Source: Heteronotia binoei
Taxonomy: Eukaryota
Assembly (NCBI RefSeq): GCF_032191835.1
Contig: NC_083231.1
Span: 26,722,001 to 26,786,000, forward strand
Direction of reading: 5' to 3'
Length of the DNA stretch: 64,000 bases
How positions within the stretch are numbered: the stretch's first letter is position 1; each line of letters opens with the position of its first letter. A program made the position numbers and the translations under genes. The notes under the pieces are model-generated. The model searched no databases and had not been told where the DNA came from. It saw only the letters and a list, made by a program, of their open reading frames with translations. Shown piece after piece: positions 11,290 to 23,190 of this stretch.

Positions 11290-14200
11290 AGCTGATGGTA
11301 CCAAAGGTGGTGTTATAACAGCTGGGGGCACAATAAGGATACCATGGTTGCTGCTTCCACTAAAAACATTGAAACGGAGCTCGGGACTCACCGCTGCCGC
11401 GCGGGCCTGGCCACATTGTGGAGTGACAGAGCTGTGGCATGGATTGCAGGCGTGCCCGGGACTTGGAGCAGGAACAACAGACTGCCGCTATCGTTTGGAG
11501 CGGTGGACCCCTTGTGTTGGTGCGGTTGCTGGGGGCGGTTGTTGGTGCAGCTGAGTTTGCAGTGGCTATTTCCCAGCTTCAACCCCAGCCTCGGCCCCGG
11601 AACATCTCGCCGCCGTTGATATCACTGACACCGGCGGTGCAGCCGAGGAAGCACTGGGAGAGTTTCTGTTCTCCCGGGGGTCCCTGTGTTGCCACTGGCC
11701 TGCTGGCGAAGTGCCAATGGGCTGTTGGCAGAGTGCTTCGGGTACAAATAAAACTGAAGCAAAAAGTAGCTGCTTTTCTTCTAGCTGCTTATCGTTTACT
11801 GAGCAATTGAGAACTTGCCCTCGACACTCTAACGACACTCCGGCACTTAGAGTGCACTTGGCACTTTACTCCATCTATTATTTAAAAAATCTTGACTTTC
11901 ATTTTATTTTATTTATCCATCAACTCCACAAATTTGGCTCCAAACGCTAGACTCCGAATTCCACAAACTGCTGCTAACTTGGACTGTTCATTTATTAACT
12001 GCTGCTGATTTTCACTACTCGCTGAGCCTGATTAGAGATAAATTTAATCAATTGGAATGAAATTGATAATTAATTATATGTATTTGCTAATTTGAAATTA
12101 ATTGGATTTTTTTTAGTACTGACTGACTTATTTATTAATTGGCTGCTGGGAGGGTTTTAGTAATTGATTTAGTGGGTTAGTATTTATTCGATCCATTTAA
12201 TTAACTGTTGAGAATTTTTAGACACTAAATAAATGATTGAACTGCTGATTAATTAGATTTAATTTATTAATTTATTACAGTACTAAATTGAGAAATTAGC
12301 ATTGGGTAGGGTGTTATATTAATTTAGTGGGTAGACATAAATTGGAAATCCAACCAAACTTAGTGGGAAATAGGAAAAACGGAACTAATGCAATATTATA
12401 TTACCAAGTTGGAGTATACCAGGCATTGAACAGTTGGTTTAATAGTGTGGTTACTCAGTGCTCCATCTTGATTGGTCTGAGGCTCCTGCGAAGGCCACTG
12501 ATGTGAGATGACTGAGCTGGGGATCCCGGTGCTTCTGGGGAGGGGAAAGTATAGCGGTGGGAACAGGCGTTTATGTAAGGGAAGGAGGCCAAGATGCATG
12601 AATGCTCGACCTCCTTCCCGCCTGCGTCCCATCCCAACGGTTGCAAGCAGTGAGTCCAAGTTAAAGCATCCGCCTCCATCATTGGTGCTGTGTAATGCCA
12701 GGTCTATTAATAATAAGACCTCTGTCCTGCAAGAATACCTGCAGGAGCAGAATATAGACCTGGCTTGCGTGACTGAGACCTGGGTGTGAGAGGGGGAGAC
12801 AGTTGCTCTCTCCCAAGTAAGCTCCTCCTGGGTTCTCAGTCCTCCACCAATCACGGACCAGCAGACGGGGTGGTGGGGGAGTTGCGATGTTCATTCCAGC
12901 CCCACCGGTGTTGAATGTGCTGGCATGTTGGTTGAGGCGCAAGAGAGTTGGCTATTTGGCTGGTGTACCGATCGCCCTCTGCACCGGCCAATGCCCTGCC
13001 GGCCCTTGTGGAGGCTATAGCAGGCTGGGTGTTGGAGCACCCAAGACTTCTGGTCCTGGGTGACTTCAGTGTCCATGCCGATGATGTGGGCTCCACATTG
13101 GCATCAGACCTGGTGTCATCCATGGCGGAGCTAGGACTCTCTCAATATGTAACAACTCCCACCTATCAAGCCAGTCACATCCTGGATTTGATCTTTGCGG
13201 CAGGAATGACAGCGGACCGAATTACTGCAGATGCAGTGCTGTGGTCAGACCATTACGCCCTGAAGGCTCGTCTGAATGTCCTGCTCCAACCCTGCTTGGG
13301 CGGTGAGTGTATTTTTGCTCGCCCGCAGAGCCAAATGGACCCTATGCAGTTTCAGATGGCTCTTCGGGATCCTTGGCCCCCTGGCAATTCCCTAGATGAG
13401 CTAGTGGAGACCTGGCAAAACAGGCTCACCATGGCCATCAATGAAATTGCTCCCAGGCGCCCTCTGCACCCCTGTACAAAGCTGGCGCCCTGGTATATGC
13501 TGGGGCTATGGCAAATGAAACAGAGGCTCAGACGACTAGAGAGGCAGTGGCGACGAACCTGCGACGAAGTGACAAGAGCAGCTTATAGGGTATTTATGAG
13601 AACCTATGAGATGGCGGTCAAGGCCGCTAAGAAAGTATACTTTACTGCCATGATTGCATCTGCGAACTTGCGCCCAACACAATTATTTAGAACAATTCAG
13701 TCTCTAACTACCCTACCGATGGGTATACCAAATGCTAGGGAATTGGATATCAGCTATGAAGCCTTTGCGAGCTTCTTCGCAGATAAAGTCCTGTCAGTCC
13801 GCTGCGACCTCCCAGTCACTTTAGAAACAGTAACAGAACTTGAGGCTCCGAGCATGTCTTCTAGTCCAGTTTTGGATTCTTTCACTCCACTCAGCCTGGA
13901 GGAAGTTAACAGAATACTCTCTACTGTACGCCCAACTACCTGTAGGCTGGACCCGTGCCCCTCTTGGCTAATAATAGCTGGCTGTGAGGGGCTATGGGCT
14001 CCCCTAAGGGAAGTTGTCAACCAGTCGCTTCTTGAGGGAACCTTTCCCCAGCCTCTTAAGGAGGCTGTGGTTCGTCCCCTTCTTAAAAAGCCATCTTTGG
14101 ACTCAGACGAATTGGCAAACTATTGGCCAGTGTCCAATTTGCCGTTTTTAGGCAAGATTATTGACAGGGCTGTGGCAGTGCAGCTTCAGAGTTTTCTGGA

Positions 14201-15712
14201 TGACACTTCCATGCTAAACCCACATCCAGTTTTTGTCTGGGTCATGGGACAGAGACAGTACTGGTCGCCCTCACAGACGACCTCCAGAGACACCTGGATA
14301 GAGGTGGCTTGGCGGTGCTGATGTTATTAGACCGTTCAACACTGTTGATCATCAGTTACTGACCTGTCACCTCGCTGCCACTGGAATCCAGGGGTTAGCT
14401 TTGCAGTGGCTTTCCTCCTTTCTCCAGGGTCGGGGACAGAGGGTGGCACTAGGGGAGGAACTATCCTGGTGACACCCACTTATTTGTGGAGTGCTGCAGG
14501 GAGCGGTTCTTTCTCCGATGTTATTTAACATCTACATGCGCCCCGTCGCCCAGGTTGCCCAGAGGCATGGGCTGGGTTGTCACCAGTACGCTGATGACAC
14601 CCAGCTCTACCTGTTGGTGGGTGGCCAGTCCAATTCCACCCTAGAAGATCTGTCCGCAGCATTACAAGCTGTGGCAGGGTGGCTCAGGCTGATTGGACTG
14701 AAATTAAATCCGATGAAGATGGAAGTCCTGTATCTAAGTCGCTGCGGTCTGGGACCGGAGGTCCGTTTGCCGACCTTCGATGGGGCGCAGCTTATGCTGG
14801 CGCCCAAGGTTAAAAGCTTAGGAGTGTTCTTGGACTCCTCCTTAACAATGGAGGCCCAAGTAGCTGCCACTGCCAGGTCAGCTTTCTACCATCTGCAGAT
14901 GGTAAGGCAGTTGGTTCCCTTTCTTGATCGTGACGACTTGGCTAATGTGATCCATGCTACGGTCACCTCGAGATTAGATTACTGCAATGCCCTTTACATG
15001 GGGCTGCCCTTGTCCCATATCCGGCGCTCCAACTAGTGCAGAATGCTGCAGCCAGGTTGTTAATGGAAGTTCCTTTACGGGAGCACATTCGGCCTGTGCT
15101 GAAAGCACTGCACTGGCTACCGATAGTGTACCGGATTCGCTTCAAGGTGCTGGTTATCACCTTTAAAGCCCTATATGGCCAGGGTCCTGCATACCTTAGG
15201 GAACGCCTTTCCCCATATATGCCCCAGCGATCACTTCAGTCCGGGACCCAAAGCCGGTTGATGGTCCCCAGCATCAAAGAAGCTAGGCTTGCGTCAACAA
15301 GAGCCAGGGCCTTTTCCATCGCTGCTCCTAGCTGGGCTGCTGGAGGAGATGAGGGCCCTGTGAGAGCTCACACAGTTCTGCAGGGCCTGCAAAACGGCAC
15401 TCTTCCACCACCCTTTTTTCATAATGACATCTACAGCGATGGATTGGGCCCAGAAACACCACCAGTGGCTTGTCCGCGACCTCCAGAAGTTTAAAAAATC
15501 GACCAGTCTGATTACCACTACTAATGTCTTGTTGTCTGGATACATCGAATTAGCACCAGATGTTTTAAATGTTTTAACGTTTCTATATTTAATGTTGTTT
15601 GTATTTACTGTTAAATGGTTGGGCATGCTGTTGCTGACCCTCGTGTTGTTAGCCGCCCTGAGCCTGCCTTGGAGGGAAGGGCGGGAAATAAATAAAATAA
15701 AGACATAAATGA
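11290..15712 (+). mobile_element. Near full-length L2-clade LINE
   Basis: CpG-rich 5' region, APE + RT coding region, 3' tail GCCGCCCTGAGCC..GGGCGGGAAATAAATAAAATAAA; 5' boundary approximate. Confidence 0.9.
12508..15400 (+). pseudogene. L2 ORF2 (AP endonuclease + reverse transcriptase), disrupted
   Basis: CNARS..DLACVTETW, LGDF, LDLIF, SDH (APE); PLLKKPSLD..PVSNLPFLGK, QGAVLSPMLFNIYM, YADDTQLY, QNAAARLL..LHWLP (L2-type RT); TGA at 12787, frameshifts near 12820 and 14222, TAG at 15034. Confidence 0.95.
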
Positions 15713-17785
15713 AATGTGCTAGGATAGCATACAGTGGAGCTTTCTGATTTAATATTGGCAGAAAGTGCCAAAGCAGGATTACAACTGAACAGCAAGAAGA
15801 TAAAATGAATGACTGCCGGGGAATTACACAGCTTTAATGCTGATGATGAAGAAGCTGAAATTGTCCCAAGATTTTCAATTTCTTGGCTCCGTTGTCAATC
15901 AAAAGGGAGGCTGCACCTAAGAAATCAGAAGGAGATTGAGAATGAGAAGGGCCATGGCTTCCTTTATTGAATCAGTCCATCCCATGCTGGGTTCTACTTG
16001 TCCTGCTGCCTTTAACTTTGCCTACAAGTGACTCTTGTCTTCTCATTATGTGACCCAGGCATTTGGAACTGGAGCCCTGAATTCTCTAATTTCTATTTTG
16101 ACAAATGATATCGCTTCTGAGAAGCTGCTAAGGTCTGCTTCAAGGAGTCCAGCGGAAGTCTTAAATTTGGATTATTTGACTGGCGTGCGTGTGTCAGAAT
16201 TTAAAATAAGACTGCCAGTTCATGTTAGGTAGACACGACAGCTGCAACATCGACTGTGGATCAGCCTGATAGCTGAGAGGAGAGATTTTGTGCCTTGTGA
16301 TTAAATTTGGATATATATATATTTTTGCGTTCTTGATCAGTATTCTGGGCAGTATTCTGATCAAGAAGGAAGCTTCATCCCTAGTATCTCTGTGTTTTTT
16401 CTTCTTAATGTCATAAACATGAATGCTATGAATGCAAAATTGTCTGTCCACTTCTTTGAAATGACATTAGTAATCCTACTTGATCCAGCATGCAGGCGAA
16501 AGTCTTTGGTGCCCTACTTAAATATTTGCAGTTGAGACTGGATTCATTTTCATAGTTTTAAGGAGAATTCCTGTGGAAGGAATGTTTAATATTATTTGTA
16601 GCATCAAAAGAGGCTTAGAGTGGTACACGTGTGCCAAATGCAAGTATCTCATGATAGCTTGAACACTGCATTCACACATCAATGAATATTGCAGTCTTAT
16701 TTGCATCATAGCAGTCATTTGTAAGTGGATTTTTCGGTGTGGGTGGGGCAACCCCATTACAAGAGACTGGCTATAGCAAAAAGATTGAAGTACCCACCTG
16801 CAATAGCTGCATTTCAGGGTGTTTTTTTTTTAAAGTTGAGAACCACCTCTGTTTGTAAACATGAAACATTATGGTACCTACTCCTTTGTGCCATGAATAA
16901 AAGGTCTGCAATTCAACTTTTGATAGACTTGCATTGTTCTGTGAGCTTTGTCAGCGATTTGTAATATATGGGCTGCCCTTTGTGGCCTAATAAAAGAATG
17001 TGTGATATCTACATAGATGCTTTGAGAATACTTTAAGAGGAATTAGAAGCGATCAGAGATTTTAATGGAAAACCCAGAGAGTAGCTCCAGGGCCTTTTGC
17101 GGGTACAAACGCATTACCTTTGCTAATTACAGCTTTGATGGGAAAACCCACGTAGTTCTATTTTTCTTCTTTCTCCATGCGCTAGTGTTCTCAGGAGAGG
17201 AGGTATTATACTTGTGAAGCAATTAAGCCTACACAAATAATTTCTTCTTTCTACTTCTCATGGTATTTCCCCAGATTCTCACAATGCTATCATTCTTTTG
17301 TTGGAATAATATGTTCTCCAAAAAAAGAAAAAGAAGAAAGGGAGTAGCCACTGGGGATACCTTTGTGGGAGTGGTCAAGTGGAAGGGAGAGATCTTTAAG
17401 GAGAGATTGTATGGGGAGTGAGTTAAGGTATACTGAACTGAGTTATATCTGAACTGGAGACCAAGCCCTATGAGGAAAGGCTGAAGGGAATGTTTAGTCT
17501 TGAGAAGAGAAGATGGGGGGAAGGACATGATTGCTCTCTTTAAGTATTTGAAGAACTGTCACTTAGAGGGGAGCAGGGAGCTGTTCCTGTTGGCAGCAGA
17601 GGAGAGAACTTGCGATAATGGGTTTAAATTAAGGGTGGGAAGGTACCGGTTGGATATTAGGGAAGAAATTTTTATTCTAAAAGTTGTTCAATGGTGAAAT
17701 CAAGTCCTGAGGGAGGTAGTGACTCCTGCTGATTGGCAGTCTTTAAGCAGGGGCTGGACAAACACTTATCAGGGATGCTGAATGC

Positions 17786-18642
17786 CAGAGGTGTTGAACT
17801 CATTTGCTCTGAGGGACAGATCTGACATAAACGAGACCTTGTCGGGGCGGGCCATGTGTGTCATAAAATGTAATACCAGGTAGCAGAGATATAAACTTTA
17901 TAAAGGACACAGACAAAGACTTTTTTTTTAAAAAAAACCAAAAACTAAAACAAAACATTATTTTTATTTTTATTTTTTAACATAAGAAGAGTTTATTTAT
18001 TTGTTGTTAGTATTCAGTTTGATTTGTAGAAGATAATAAGCAAAAAAGGAAATGTATTTATATGAGATGTATAAACATGTTGATATATATACACTTAGTA
18101 AAATATTAATTTAAAAACATTCTTAAAATATTAGCACTCTTGCAATATTATGGTCAGTGTCAAAGCAAGCTCTCCCTCCCCCCCCCCTTCCTTCCCAAGA
18201 AGAAGATGATGATGATATTGGATTTATATCACACCCTATACCCTGAATCTCAGAGTGGTCACAAACTTCTTTACCTTCCCCCCTCAACAGACACACTGTG
18301 AGGTAGGTGGGGCTGAGACAGCTCTTACAGCAGCTGCCTTTTCAAGGACAACTCCTATTAAAGCTATGGCTGACCCAAGGCCGTTCCAGCAGGTGCAAGT
18401 GGGGGAGTGGGGAATCATACCTGGGTCTCCCAGTTAAGAGTCCACGCACTTAACCACTACACCAAACTGGTTGAGGAGGCTCAGCCAATGGTGAAAATAG
18501 AGGCTTTTTTCTGTAGCTCCTGTGTGATTGAGAAATCCACACAAGCAAGAGAGAGGGAGAAGGAAGCAGACATGCTCACGGGCCTGATAGGAGCCCTCTG
18601 GGGGCCTAATCTGGCCTACAGGCCGCAAGTTTGACACCCCTG
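17786..18642. mobile_element. hAT-type non-autonomous element (TIR CAGGGGTGTCAAAC), containing a SINE
   Basis: Left CAGAGGTGTTGAAC, right GTTTGACACCCCTG; 8-bp spacing on both sides relative to the CR1-B host. Confidence 0.8.
18199..18470 (-). mobile_element. tRNA-head SINE with L2-like tail, long form
   Basis: Head CCAGTTTGGTGTAGTGGTTAAG, (ATC)n tail; nine related copies in the window. Confidence 0.9.
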
Positions 18643-19159
18643 TTTGAGCCTGATCCTGCATTGAGCAGAGGGTTGGACTAGTTAACCTGTGTGGCCCCTT
18701 CCAACTCTATGATTCTAGGTAAAAAAAGGTGCACTTTTGAATACGGTATATGGGAAGTCAAATTACAAAGAAGTAACTGTTAATTGAATTTTTTATGATT
18801 ATTTAAAAATAGCCTAATAACTACTGTAATGTTATTGGTAAAGGGTAGTCTTTCTCTCCCTTTTTGCCATGGGTACATAGGGTTGGATCCTAGCATTTCT
18901 GATCTGTCCATTTCTCACTGCAGCTTTATTCGCCTGCCTTTTCCCCCCATTCTGGTCTTGCAGTCCCTGGCATAGATTTTTTGGCTGGCCAAAAGGGACT
19001 CCTTCCTCTTTTGCCATTGGAATTGCAGATAAGGTCCAACTCATAAAACTTCTAACTCTTTGTATCAATGGTTGTTTAAGGCAACAGAACCCTTACAATA
19101 GCAGTGAGCAGCCTTGGTTTTACTCTTATTATTTTCTACAGCAGATACATAATGTGAGA

Positions 19160-19362
19160 GCCTGTAGTAGTTAGAGTGTCAGACAAGGAGAATCTAGGGT
19201 GGAATACCCACATTGCCATGGAAGCTTGCAAGGGCGGGGGGCGGGGAGAAATTGGACCATTCACACACAGTCTCACTTGGGTTTTGTAGGGATAAAATGG
19301 AGGACACAGTAAGCAACCTCTGGGCCCTAATGGAGAGAACGGTGGGGTATAAATGAAGTAAA
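19160..19362 (+). mobile_element. MIR-related short SINE (Squam3-like)
   Basis: GTAGTAGTTAGAGTGTCAGAC head, GGGATAAAATGGAGG..GGGGTATAAAT tail. Confidence 0.65.
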
Positions 19363-19509
19363 TCTTTCTACACCCACATTTACATATGGGGGACATAGTC
19401 AGATTTTTTAAGAACATGTTTAAAGATCTATACACATATGTATTACTTCCACATAACATGTCTACTGAGGAAAACTGTTGTTTCCCATAGCGGTTGTCAT
19501 GAGTAGGCC

Positions 19510-19692
19510 CAGGGCTTTTTTTGTAGCAGGAACTCCTTTGCATATTAAGCTACACCCTCCTGATGTAGCCAATCCTCCAAGAGTTTACAAGGCTCTTCTT
19601 ACAGTGCCTATTGTAAGCTCTTGAAGGACTGACTACATCAGAGGGTATGCGGCCTAATATGCAAAGGAATTCCTGCTACAAAAACCCCCCTG
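19510..19692. mobile_element. Palindromic MITE M4
   Basis: Whole element is an imperfect palindrome GCAGGAACTCCTTTGCATATT...AATATGCAAAGGAATTCCTGC. Confidence 0.9.
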
Positions 19693-20338
19693 TGATTAGC
19701 ATTACCTTCAGCTCGATACTGGCCTGAAAGATAGATGCTCCTATCACCGTAATCATGTGTGGTATGAAAGACTGCAGGGATGAACCCTGTGGTTTCTCTC
19801 CCCTCTGTAAAGGGGTGCTCCTGGTTTTAAAAAAAATCTTATATGAGGTTATTGTTGATTAGTTGGCTGGCTTATATGTATGCTTAGCAAAAGTACGATA
19901 TGAACTTTATTTTCCTGGTAGGCTCTGAAGCTGCGGCTCTGAAGTCAGGTATGTTCATAGCCCAGTCCTTGTCCAAACAACTGTAATCTTCTTCCTTACT
20001 GTCTGCTGAGCAGGGTTCATGTTAAAAGGCCCTGGATGTGTTCCATAACTGTAATGAAACTGTTATCTTCTTGAGGTATGTGCACATTTTTGTATTGTTG
20101 AAAGTAGTATGGGTAGCAATGGTCTGAGTAGGATTGTTGTGTGGGAGGTACTAAAGGTTTGATTTCAAAAAGTTTTAACAGTAAAAAAGAGGAAGAAATT
20201 GCTTCTTCTGAAGGCTACAGCAATGCCAGTGATGTTACTAACCAAATGGATTCAATTTCTCTTATGTTTTTGTCTTTTCTTAAGAGCTTGATCATGTCGT
20301 CTGGTAATTTAAAAAATATTCCTCTGCTTGCTCAAAAC

Positions 20339-20500
20339 CAGGGCTTTTTCTTCTGGGGGAATGTGGTGGAATGAAGTTCTGGAATCCCTCTGTGGAAACA
20401 AAATTCTCAAAAAATGTTCAAAAGTTCATGAAGGACACCCATGTCCTTCATGGCCCTTTTGAGAGTTCTGGCACCTCTTTTTTCCAGAAAAAAAGCCCTG
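20339..20500. mobile_element. hAT MITE (CAGGGCTTTTT TIR family)
   Basis: TIRs; TSD CTCAAAAC/CACAAAAC. Confidence 0.8.
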
Positions 20501-20789
20501 CACAAAACTAAACTAATCTTGCCTTATCCTAGAAGAGATTTTTTCTCCCTCAGAAAATGAGCATTCATTTCTGCATTTAGCTATTTTAAACTACAGCTAA
20601 AATTAAACCAAATAAAAACCCTTTCCCAGCTACATTTTTTTCTACTGAATGGTCTTACTTTGGTCCAAATTTGAGTTTGTTCCATTGTGCTCATAGAGAC
20701 TTCATTTATATGTCCCAGACAGAGGTAACTATTTTTGTAAGGGTTATTTTTTTACTTTACATAACTGTTCAGAACATCTTGTTCTGGAT

Positions 20790-21000
20790 AGAGTGTTGGG
20801 CCAGGATCCAGGAGACTTGACTTTAAATCACCACTCTGCCGTGGAAGGTTGGTGGCAGATTTTGGGCCAGTTGCTCTGTTTCAGTGTCACCTGCCCCATC
20901 AGGTGCCTATTATGGGGGCAAAATGGAGAAGGAAAGAATGCTGAACACTGTTTTAGGTTCCTCCTGGGAAGAAAGTCTGAGTATAATAAATAAGTAAAAT
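20790..21000 (+). mobile_element. Squam3/MIR-like SINE, diverged
   Basis: Similar to 25715 and 58742. Confidence 0.55.
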
Positions 21001-21174
21001 CTTGGATATTGGATTAATTAAATCTTCCTGCTATAGATGACGGTGTACATTCGGGTCTTGTTTTGGTTGTCCAGGGGGCTTCCATTCACCTACAAAGTCT
21101 GCATGGAGTTCTTTGGTATTAAATAGGCCCAGTTCCATAATATCTGCATGCATATGTTTGTTTATAGCTTAGAA

Positions 21175-21416
21175 CAGGGGAGCCACATGTAGCTGTTTCA
21201 CATATATTGTGCGGCTCTTGAAGTCCCCACCACCCCATCAACCAGGTTGGAGAAAGCATTTCTCTCTTTAAATCATTTCTCCAAGGCAGTTGGCAGCTTG
21301 GAGAACATATTTAAAGTTACGTTCTTTCCCTCCCTCCCCCCTCCCTTCTTGTGGCTCTCAAACATCTGATGTTTATTCTATGTGGCTCTTAACTTAAGCA
21401 AGTATGGCCACTCGTG
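21175..21416 (+). mobile_element. hAT MITE M1
   Basis: TSD GCTTAGAA/GCTTAGAT. Confidence 0.85.
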
Positions 21417-21767
21417 GCTTAGATTTACCAAGTCCTGGCTTGGGAAATTGCTTGAGTTTTGCAGGTAATACCTGGGGAGGGCAGAGTTCAGGAAGGATGC
21501 TCAGCAGGGATGCAATGCCAGAGAATCTGTCCTCCAAAATTGCTTTTTCCTCTAGAAGAACTGAGCTTGATAGGAGATTAGTTGTAATTTCAGGAAAGTT
21601 CCAGGCTTCACCTTGAAATGGTGACTATGGTATAAATAGTGGTACAATCTGGTATTGCATTTTTCAACATACATATTTTGCTGGCAGTCTACTTAAGCAG
21701 TTCTCATCCTTGCCTAACCCTTTCATCATCATATCTCCTCGCCTTCCTGTAAAACAAGTTGCTAGAT

Positions 21768-22007
21768 TAGGGATGGTCAAACTGCACCTCGGGAGCCACA
21801 TGTGGCTCTTGCACACACATTCTGTGGCTCTTGAAGCCCCCATCATCCTGTCAACATTCTTGGAGAAGGCATCTAAAATTAAAGTTGCTTTCTTTCCATC
21901 TCTCCTTCCCTCCCTTCGCCATCCATTTTCCTTCCCTCCCTCCTGCTCTCAAACATCTGATGTTTATTCTATATGGCTCTTAACTTAAGCAAGTTTGGCC
22001 ACCCCAG
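21768..22007 (+). mobile_element. hAT MITE M1
   Basis: TSD TGCTAGAT/TGTTAGAT. Confidence 0.85.
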
Positions 22008-22301
22008 TGTTAGATGCATTTGAGAATAAAGTCCTTTGATTGTGACATGCTTCTGAGTAAATGTGCATGTCCCATTGCTTTGAATTGAACTACTTAGTTG
22101 CACCAAACCTGACTCATTTTGTGTTCACAGGAATATAGCCATCTTAGTTGAAATTGGGGCCTTTATATTCCTTGAGCCGAGCTCTTGTTTAAGTACTTGT
22201 CTCAAGGCCTGCTCTTGATAACCTTGTTTTGCCTCTCGTTAATGATGGAACATTTATCACAATTCTGCAAATGAATTTTTATACCTTTTGTTTTATTTCA
22301 G

Positions 22302-22554
22302 GTGGTTTCTGGCATATTACAGTGAAATATTATAATAGTGAACTTGACAGGCCGTATTGTTCCCTGATATCATGAATTTAAAAAATGGACACATAGAACA
22401 TGAAAATGTATTTGAGATGTATAATATGAAGAACGTTAATATTTTATCACCTCAGAAATTCAGTTTGTGACCCATTATCGCAAATTACAGCCCTGCAGTC
22501 ATGCTTTTTGCTAATAAATACCTGTGCATACATCAATTCCACTCAGTGAACCAG
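22302..22554 (+). other. Candidate spliced exon 2 (253 bp), largely 5' UTR with upstream ORFs
   Basis: Acceptor CTTTTGTTTTATTTCAG|G, donor CAG|GTGAGA, non-repetitive sequence; uORF 22372-22470; second ATG at 22501 open through the donor. Confidence 0.55.
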
Positions 22555-22964
22555 GTGAGAAACTTTTCCCTGTGTGGTCTTTTTCTCTCATACAGATACG
22601 ATCCTAATCCTCAACCGTACTTAATTGTTCTTCTTTCATAACCAGTCTTTGCTCACAGTCTACTGTAGACTTATTCCAGGAAGTTAGCTATGATCTATCT
22701 TCTCTCTCTGCTCCCTGATTCATGTGCTGTCATTGAATGACTGTAATTTCAGAAGTATTATACAGTATATACTTCCATGTCATGAGATTCTTCCTCACCC
22801 CACCCCTTTGCAGCCTCTAGCCATAGAAAAGCTTTAGATGCTGTGGTATTCACTTGAAAATGGCATTTGAATCTTGCCTGCCCTTCTAGGACCCCATGGG
22901 TGGCGACATTTCAATATAGTCTCCCAACAACCTGGGGAGGTAGTTTAGTGTGAAAGCCAGGAGA

Positions 22965-23190
22965 GTTGGTTTATATACTCCAATTTTCTCTACCTTAAGA
23001 AGTCTCAAAGTGGCTTACAATCGTCTTTCCTTCCTCTCCTCACAGTAGTTAACCTTGTGAAGTAGGTGGGGCGGAGACAGTTATGAGAGAACTGGGATTG
23101 GCCCAAGGTCACCCAGCAGGCTTCCTGTGGCGTAGAGATTCAGAGTTCTCCAGAATTAGAGTCTACCACTCTTAACCACTAACTACATCA
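22965..23190 (-). mobile_element. tRNA-head SINE (long/short intermediate), diverged
   Basis: CACTCTTAACCACTA head on the minus strand; GTGAAGTAGGTGGGGCGGAGA body. Confidence 0.7.

Larger units (their letters stand above)
17440..18716 (+). mobile_element. CR1 LINE 3' end (subfamily B), interrupted at 17786-18642
   Basis: PYEERL..GDMIALFKYLK..LFLL..RT..NGFKL (ORF 17500-17697), resumes TGATCCTGCATTGAGCAG..CCAACTCTATGATTCT. Confidence 0.85.

Noticed and set aside
11262-11292. CTGACGAG..GGAAA hammerhead-like words near the L2 5' end
   Set aside because: The intervening bases cannot form stem II and there is no helix III/I pairing
5190-22554. Assigning a gene symbol to the host gene
   Set aside because: Only UTR-like exons are visible and I do not recognise them; a BLAST search of 22302-22554 is needed
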